Below, piece by piece: positions 58,860-64,000 of a DNA stretch of 64,000 nucleotides (position 1 is the stretch's first letter; each line of letters opens with the position of its first letter). The translations under genes and the position numbers were made by a program. A model generated the notes under the pieces. The model was not told where the DNA came from and made no database searches. It saw only the letters and a program-made list of their open reading frames with translations. The stretch comes from Candidatus Saccharimonadia bacterium (GTDB taxonomy: Bacteria; Patescibacteriota; Saccharimonadia; UBA4664). The DNA lies in NCBI GenBank assembly GCA_035544015.1, contig DATKIP010000064.1, positions 2,131 through 66,130 of the forward strand, given 5' to 3'.

Positions 58860-59969
58860 ATGGCTATCAGTCGACGCTCATTTGTGGCCTTGCGCGGGCT
58901 CACCGTTGCTTCGCTCAAAATGTATTTCCGCAACCGCACCGCACTCTTTTTCTCGTTGTTTTTCCCCGTCGTGTTTATCGTGGTCTTCGGTTCGATTTTC
59001 AAAAATACGTCGGCCTCGTTTAAAATCGACTTCACCAATCAATCATCTGCTCCGCTAGCGACCGAGTTCAAGTCGGCTCTGGAGAAAATTCCAGCGTTCA
59101 AGATCAAAGAGGTCAGCCCCGCCGACGCCCAAACCGACCTCGACAAAGGCGACGCCGACCTGTCGGTCATGGTGCCGCCAGACTTTGGCACCGACCAAAA
59201 CGGCCGGCCGGCTACGTCCAAAATCGTTGCCCATTACAACGAGGCCAAGCCGGGCAACGGCCAGGCGGCCGCCCAAATCGTGCAGCAGCTAGCCGGCAAC
59301 CTCAACAACGCCATCACCAAGGCGCCCCAGATCATCTCGGTCGAAGCCAGCGGCGTCAAAACCAAAAACCTCAGCTACATCGATTTCCTCTTGCCCGGCA
59401 TGATCGGCCTCTCCGTGATGCAGCTTGGCATCTTTAGTGTCGCGTTCGGGTTCGTGTCGTACAAGACCACCGGTATGTTGCGCCGGCTCCAGGCTACGCC
59501 CATCCACCCCGGCAGCTTCCTGGCGGCCCAGGGCTTCACGCGGCTCATCATGGCCGTGCTCCAAACGGCCTTGCTGGCCGGTATCGGCCTGGCGTTCTTT
59601 GGCTTCCACCTCGATCCAGCCAATTACCCCGCGTTTCTGGTGCTGGCCCTGCTCGGCAGCGCCGTCTTCATGGCCGTCGGCTTCGCCATCGCGGGCTGGG
59701 CCAAAAACGAAGATCAAGCCCAGCCAGTAGCTCAGCTCATCCAGTTCCCCATGATGTTCCTCTCGGGCACCTTCTTCCCCCGCGACACCTTCCCGCACGT
59801 GCTGCAGGTGGTCACCGGCTACTTGCCGCTCACCTACCTCGCCGACGCTCTGCGCCACGTCGCCAACGACAACGCATCGCTATGGGCCGTCCGCGGCGAC
59901 CTCCTCGGCCTCATTATCTGGGGTGTCATAGCGAGCTTTATCGCCACACGCCTCTTCAGCTGGGAATAA
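58860..59969 (+). CDS. ABC-2 exporter permease
   Basis: YIDFLLPG, LRRLQATP, FLSGTFFP, LPLTY. Confidence 0.92.
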   Translation: MAISRRSFVALRGLTVASLKMYFRNRTALFFSLFFPVVFIVVFGSIFKNTSASFKIDFTNQSSAPLATEFKSALEKIPAFKIKEVSPADAQTDLDKGDADLSVMVPPDFGTDQNGRPATSKIVAHYNEAKPGNGQAAAQIVQQLAGNLNNAITKAPQIISVEASGVKTKNLSYIDFLLPGMIGLSVMQLGIFSVAFGFVSYKTTGMLRRLQATPIHPGSFLAAQGFTRLIMAVLQTALLAGIGLAFFGFHLDPANYPAFLVLALLGSAVFMAVGFAIAGWAKNEDQAQPVAQLIQFPMMFLSGTFFPRDTFPHVLQVVTGYLPLTYLADALRHVANDNASLWAVRGDLLGLIIWGVIASFIATRLFSWE

Positions 59970-60020
59970 ATCGCTACCCGCAGGTTTGAACTAGCGAGGG
60001 AAAGTCCTTATGATTAGCTC

Positions 60021-63000
60021 ATGAAACCCCACCATAAGCTATCGTTGGCCTGTGGGGCAATAGTGCTTGTGCTGGGATTAATTAGCGCGCTGTTGCCGTC
60101 CAGCACGCGTAGTGCCGGGCCGTGCCCCTGCACTATCTGGTCCACGAACCCGTCGGTGTCGGTCATCAGCAATGGCCAGCCTTTGGAGCCGGGCGTAAAG
60201 TTCTCCGCCGACGCCGATGGCTACATCCTGGGCGTGCGATTTTACAAAGATACTGGTATGGGTGGAGCTCACGTCGGCCACCTCTGGGACAGCCTCGGCC
60301 ACAAGCTGGCCGAAGCCACCTTCGGCACCGAAACCAGCACCGGCTGGCAAACCGTCACCTTCGACAATCCGGTCAAAGTCACCGCCAGCACCCTCTACGT
60401 CGCCTCGTATTACGCCGCCGACGGCAATTTTGCGCGCACCTCCGGGGGGCTCAGCTCGGCCGTCGACGCCGGTACGCTCCACGTGCCTGCCAACGTCACT
60501 GCCGCCGCCCTCGACGGGTTCGGCGACAACCACAACGGTGTGTTTGCCGACGGCGTCAGCGCGTACCCCTACCAGAGCTTCGGTGGCAGCAATTATTGGG
60601 TGGATGTTGTCTACGACACCGTCGTGCCCGATACCGCCCCGCCGCTCGTAACCGTCACTCAGCCCAAGTCCTCGTCCTACGGCGTGCTCGCCGCCGGCCC
60701 CTACACGGCGCAGTTCAACGAACAACTCGATCCCGCCACCATCACCACGAGCACCTTCACCGTCACCGGCTCCACCGGCCCGCCGGTCGCCGCCTCAGTA
60801 TCGTACGACGCTGCCAGTTTCACAGCTTCCATCAAGCCGTCGTCGCCGCTGGCCCCCGGCGAGTACACCGCCAAACTGGCCGGCGGGGGAGGATCAGCCA
60901 TCACCGACCTGGCCGGCAACCATCTCGCCAGCGACTTCACCTGGACCTTCAGCGTGGGCGCCACCCCCGGCGGCTCACCCACCGCCGGCCCCGGTGGACC
61001 CATCCTCGTTATCACGTCGAGCACCAATCATTTTAGCGATTACTTCGCCGAAATCTTGCGCGCCGAGGGCTACAACAGCTTCGCCACCGTCGACCTTGCC
61101 ACCGTCGACGCCACCATGCTCGGCAATTACCAGCTCGTCGTGCTCGGCGATGTCGCACTGTCGGCTCCCCAAGCCTCCATGCTCTCTACCTGGGTGAACG
61201 CCGGCGGTAAACTCATCGCCAGCCACCCCGACAAAAAACTCGCCGGCCTGCTCGGCCTCACCGACGACGCCGCCACCCTCACCAACGCCTACCTCAAGGT
61301 CAACACCGGCAGCGCCCCCGGCTCCGGCATCGAGAGCGCCTCCATGCAATACAAAGGCCCGGCCGACCGCTACACCCTCAGTGGCGCCAGCTCCGTGGCC
61401 GACCTCTACACCGACGCCGCCACCGCCACCACCAAGCCGGCCGTCTCGCTCGCCACTGCCGGCAGCGGCCAGGCCGCCGCCTTCACCTACGACCTGGCCA
61501 AATCCATCGTGTATCTGCGCCAGGGCAACCCGGCCTGGGCCGGCCAAGACCGCGACGGCGACTCCCTGGATCGCTCCGACGACCAATACTTCGGCGCCAA
61601 AATCGGCGACGTCCAGCCCAACTGGAACGACCCCACCAAGCTCGCCATCCCCCAAGCCGACGAACAGCAACGCCTGCTCGGCAACCTCATCACCCAAATG
61701 ATGTCCACCGCCCTGCCCCTGCCGCACTTCTGGTATTTCCCCAAGGTGGGCATTAATACCCTGCCCAAGGCGGTATTAATGATGGCCGGCGACGACCACG
61801 CCACCGCCGGAGGCACTTACACCTCCATGGTGCGTCTGAGCGGCCTCAGTCCAGGCAATTGCTCACTCTTGGACTGGGAGTGCGACCGCATGACCTCCTG
61901 GTATTACACCAACACGCCCCTCTCCAATGCCGCCGCTGCCAGCCTGGCCGCTCAAGGCCACGAATTGGCCGACCACCTGTCCTTCAGCAGCGGCTGTGGC
62001 AGCAGCTACACCGAAGCCAGCTACCTCAGCTTTTTTGCCAGTGATCTGGGCGCCTTCCGGTCCAAATACACCAGCCTGCCCAGCCAGCGCACCAACCGCT
62101 GGCACTGTGTGCCGTGGGGCGATTGGGCCAGCCTGCCCAAAGCCGAAGTCCAAAACGGCGTTCGCCTCGACGCCGGCTATTACTACTACCCCACAGCCTA
62201 CACCACCGCCGGCGACGGCCTGTTTAACGGCTCCGGCCTGCCCATGCGCTACGCCGACACCGACGGCTCCCTCATTGACGTCTACCAGCAAGTCAGCCAC
62301 CTCGTAAATGAATCCGGCCGCCCCCACCCGGCCGACATCACTACCATGCTCGACAATGCCCTGGGCGCCAGCGGCTACTACGGCGTGTTCGGCACCCACT
62401 TCGACTGGACCGATAGCTACGACCGACAGCTCATGACCGCCGCCACGGCCCGCAACGTCCCCATGATCTCCGCCGACCAGCTCCTCACCTGGCAAGACGG
62501 CCGCGGCGCCTCCAGCCTCACCGGCTTTGGCTTTAGCGGCAACGAATTAACCTTCAACCTGGCCGCCGCCGGCGGCGCCACCGGCATGCAGACACTCATC
62601 CCCGCGACCGGCCCCACCGGATCAGTCACAGCCGTGTCGCGCGATGCTGTCACGGTCTCATACGGCACCGTGAATATTAAAGGGGTATCGTACGCCGTAG
62701 TCCCAGCCGCCCCCGGCGCCTACACCGTCTGCTATAACACCTGCAACCCGGCTCCCACTCCCACTCCCACGCCCACCCCTACTCCCACGCCAACGCCCAC
62801 TCCAACGCCGACTCCCACACCCACCCCAACCCCAACTCCAACGCCCACCCCGACTCCGACACCGACCCCCACGCCGACTCCAACACCCACACCTTCTGCC
62901 GCGCCCACAGCTACTGCCACCCCCACGCCCAAGCCTTCTTCCAAGCCCCAGAGCAGTGCCACGCCCGCGGCATCGCCGGCTGCGGCCGGGCCCACCGCGT

Positions 63001-63236
63001 CTCCCAGCCCGGAGGCCTCGGCCAGCCCGGCGCCCACATCTAGTGCCAGCCCCCAAGCCTCGCCCAGCCCCACCGCGTCCGCCACGCCCGCACCCGCCGC
63101 CGGGTCCGGCAACAACACCGTGCTCATACTAGGCATGGCCGCCGGCGGATTAGGCTTCCTCGGGCTCCTCATTTTCCTCGCGCTCTGGCTCCGCCGTCGG
63201 TCCAAAGGTCCCGACGACCCCGGCCCCCTGAGCTAG
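60021..63236 (+). CDS. Large surface protein: DUF4082-like and Ig domains, putative catalytic domain, PT stalk, C-terminal TM anchor
   Basis: CPCTIW, GVKF...GVRFYK, GWQTV, NYWVDVV; GDDH and RWHC motifs; PT repeat; TM plus RRR. Confidence 0.85.
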   Translation: MKPHHKLSLACGAIVLVLGLISALLPSSTRSAGPCPCTIWSTNPSVSVISNGQPLEPGVKFSADADGYILGVRFYKDTGMGGAHVGHLWDSLGHKLAEATFGTETSTGWQTVTFDNPVKVTASTLYVASYYAADGNFARTSGGLSSAVDAGTLHVPANVTAAALDGFGDNHNGVFADGVSAYPYQSFGGSNYWVDVVYDTVVPDTAPPLVTVTQPKSSSYGVLAAGPYTAQFNEQLDPATITTSTFTVTGSTGPPVAASVSYDAASFTASIKPSSPLAPGEYTAKLAGGGGSAITDLAGNHLASDFTWTFSVGATPGGSPTAGPGGPILVITSSTNHFSDYFAEILRAEGYNSFATVDLATVDATMLGNYQLVVLGDVALSAPQASMLSTWVNAGGKLIASHPDKKLAGLLGLTDDAATLTNAYLKVNTGSAPGSGIESASMQYKGPADRYTLSGASSVADLYTDAATATTKPAVSLATAGSGQAAAFTYDLAKSIVYLRQGNPAWAGQDRDGDSLDRSDDQYFGAKIGDVQPNWNDPTKLAIPQADEQQRLLGNLITQMMSTALPLPHFWYFPKVGINTLPKAVLMMAGDDHATAGGTYTSMVRLSGLSPGNCSLLDWECDRMTSWYYTNTPLSNAAAASLAAQGHELADHLSFSSGCGSSYTEASYLSFFASDLGAFRSKYTSLPSQRTNRWHCVPWGDWASLPKAEVQNGVRLDAGYYYYPTAYTTAGDGLFNGSGLPMRYADTDGSLIDVYQQVSHLVNESGRPHPADITTMLDNALGASGYYGVFGTHFDWTDSYDRQLMTAATARNVPMISADQLLTWQDGRGASSLTGFGFSGNELTFNLAAAGGATGMQTLIPATGPTGSVTAVSRDAVTVSYGTVNIKGVSYAVVPAAPGAYTVCYNTCNPAPTPTPTPTPTPTPTPTPTPTPTPTPTPTPTPTPTPTPTPTPTPTPTPSAAPTATATPTPKPSSKPQSSATPAASPAAAGPTASPSPEASASPAPTSSASPQASPSPTASATPAPAAGSGNNTVLILGMAAGGLGFLGLLIFLALWLRRRSKGPDDPGPLS
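62754..62891 (+). repeat. Coding hexamer repeat (CCN ACN) x23, Pro-Thr linker
   Basis: 23 PT dipeptides with varied third codon positions. Confidence 0.9.
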
Positions 63237-64000
63237 CGATGCGTCCGCGGCCACCATTCCGGCATCAACGCCCGCCGCGGTAGCCGGGGAAGGATATAGG
63301 CCGCCAGCACCGTAGCGAGCGGCACCGCTGCCACCAGCGCAGCTCCCCCTACCAGCGTGCGAATGACCTCCTCACCAATCAATTCGTTATTGAGCGTCAT
63401 AAAAAGTGGCATAGCCGGATGCACTGCCAAAAACACCAACAAGGAAAATGACGCCCCCGCATACGCCAGCACTAGCGTATTAATCAGCGACGCGATGTGC
63501 TCCTGCCCCACCCGCAACCCCCGCCGGTACAATTCCGCCGCCGATAGGGCCGCATTCGCCTCATGCAGCTGTGCCACCACGGCCACTTGAGCCGTAGTAA
63601 TATCATCAAGAATTCCCAATACCCCAATCATCATTCCGCCGAGCAACAATCCCTGCAGATCCAGCCCCGGCGCCGCCTGGAAAGCCAGTGCAGCGGCGCC
63701 CTCGCCGGCCAGACCCGTCAGGTTTGCCGCCCCCACCGCTATGAGCGAAAGTGCCGTTCCCGCCAGCAACGTCGCTACCGTGGCAACCAGCGCTAGGCTG
63801 GTGCGGCGATTAAAACCGTGCGCCAGGTACAATGACGCCCCGGCTATCATAAAGGTGCCCGTGAGGCAGGTAGTAAAGGGATTATTCCCGCGAATAATCC
63901 CCGGGATAATCCACAGCGCGATGATCCCGAAGCTCACGGCCAGCCCAACCAAGGCCGTAAAGCCTCGCCACCGCCCAATCCCTATCGCCAAGGCCACAAA
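63233..64000 (-). CDS. YibE/F-family membrane protein (starts beyond window end)
   Basis: [41 protein letters not shown]. Confidence 0.9.
   Translation of the reverse strand, partial: FVALAIGIGRWRGFTALVGLAVSFGIIALWIIPGIIRGNNPFTTCLTGTFMIAGASLYLAHGFNRRTSLALVATVATLLAGTALSLIAVGAANLTGLAGEGAAALAFQAAPGLDLQGLLLGGMMIGVLGILDDITTAQVAVVAQLHEANAALSAAELYRRGLRVGQEHIASLINTLVLAYAGASFSLLVFLAVHPAMPLFMTLNNELIGEEVIRTLVGGAALVAAVPLATVLAAYILPRLPRRALMPEWWPRTHR

Noticed and set aside
62754-62891. Non-coding VNTR or telomere-like repeat
   Set aside because: In frame within a CDS; third positions vary while Pro-Thr is conserved.

Overview
GC-rich bacterial chromosome segment with a strongly C-rich + strand. The gene content (small conserved membrane hypotheticals, RRM protein, VanW, compact and mostly leaderless genes) suggests a Patescibacteria/CPR organism, probably Saccharimonadia-like; this is inference, as no marker gene is in the window. 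Ordinary content: dTDP-rhamnose (rml) genes, glmS, a two-subunit ATP citrate lyase, lexA, a run of single accessory enzymes, tRNA-Asn(GTT), a two-component system, two ABC exporters and large secreted repeat proteins. Two things stand out. (1) A five-copy, ~110-nt intergenic structured element (17673, 17810, 38482, 39821, 56443). Its 13-16 bp arms differ completely in sequence between copies but always pair, around a conserved core, with near-fixed geometry. (2) A divergent F1-type ATPase operon (48333-56820) with no subunit a and a subunit-c-like hairpin that has lost the ion-carrying carboxylate and is fused to a secreted domain. The operon is interrupted between atpG and atpD by four paralogous membrane-anchored two-cysteine proteins. 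Smaller signals: a ParA gene bracketed by an exact 39-bp terminator duplication, an integrase-less mini-island at the tRNA-Asn 3' end with helically phased repeats over its promoter, and an unannotated 51-aa YLDPG peptide.
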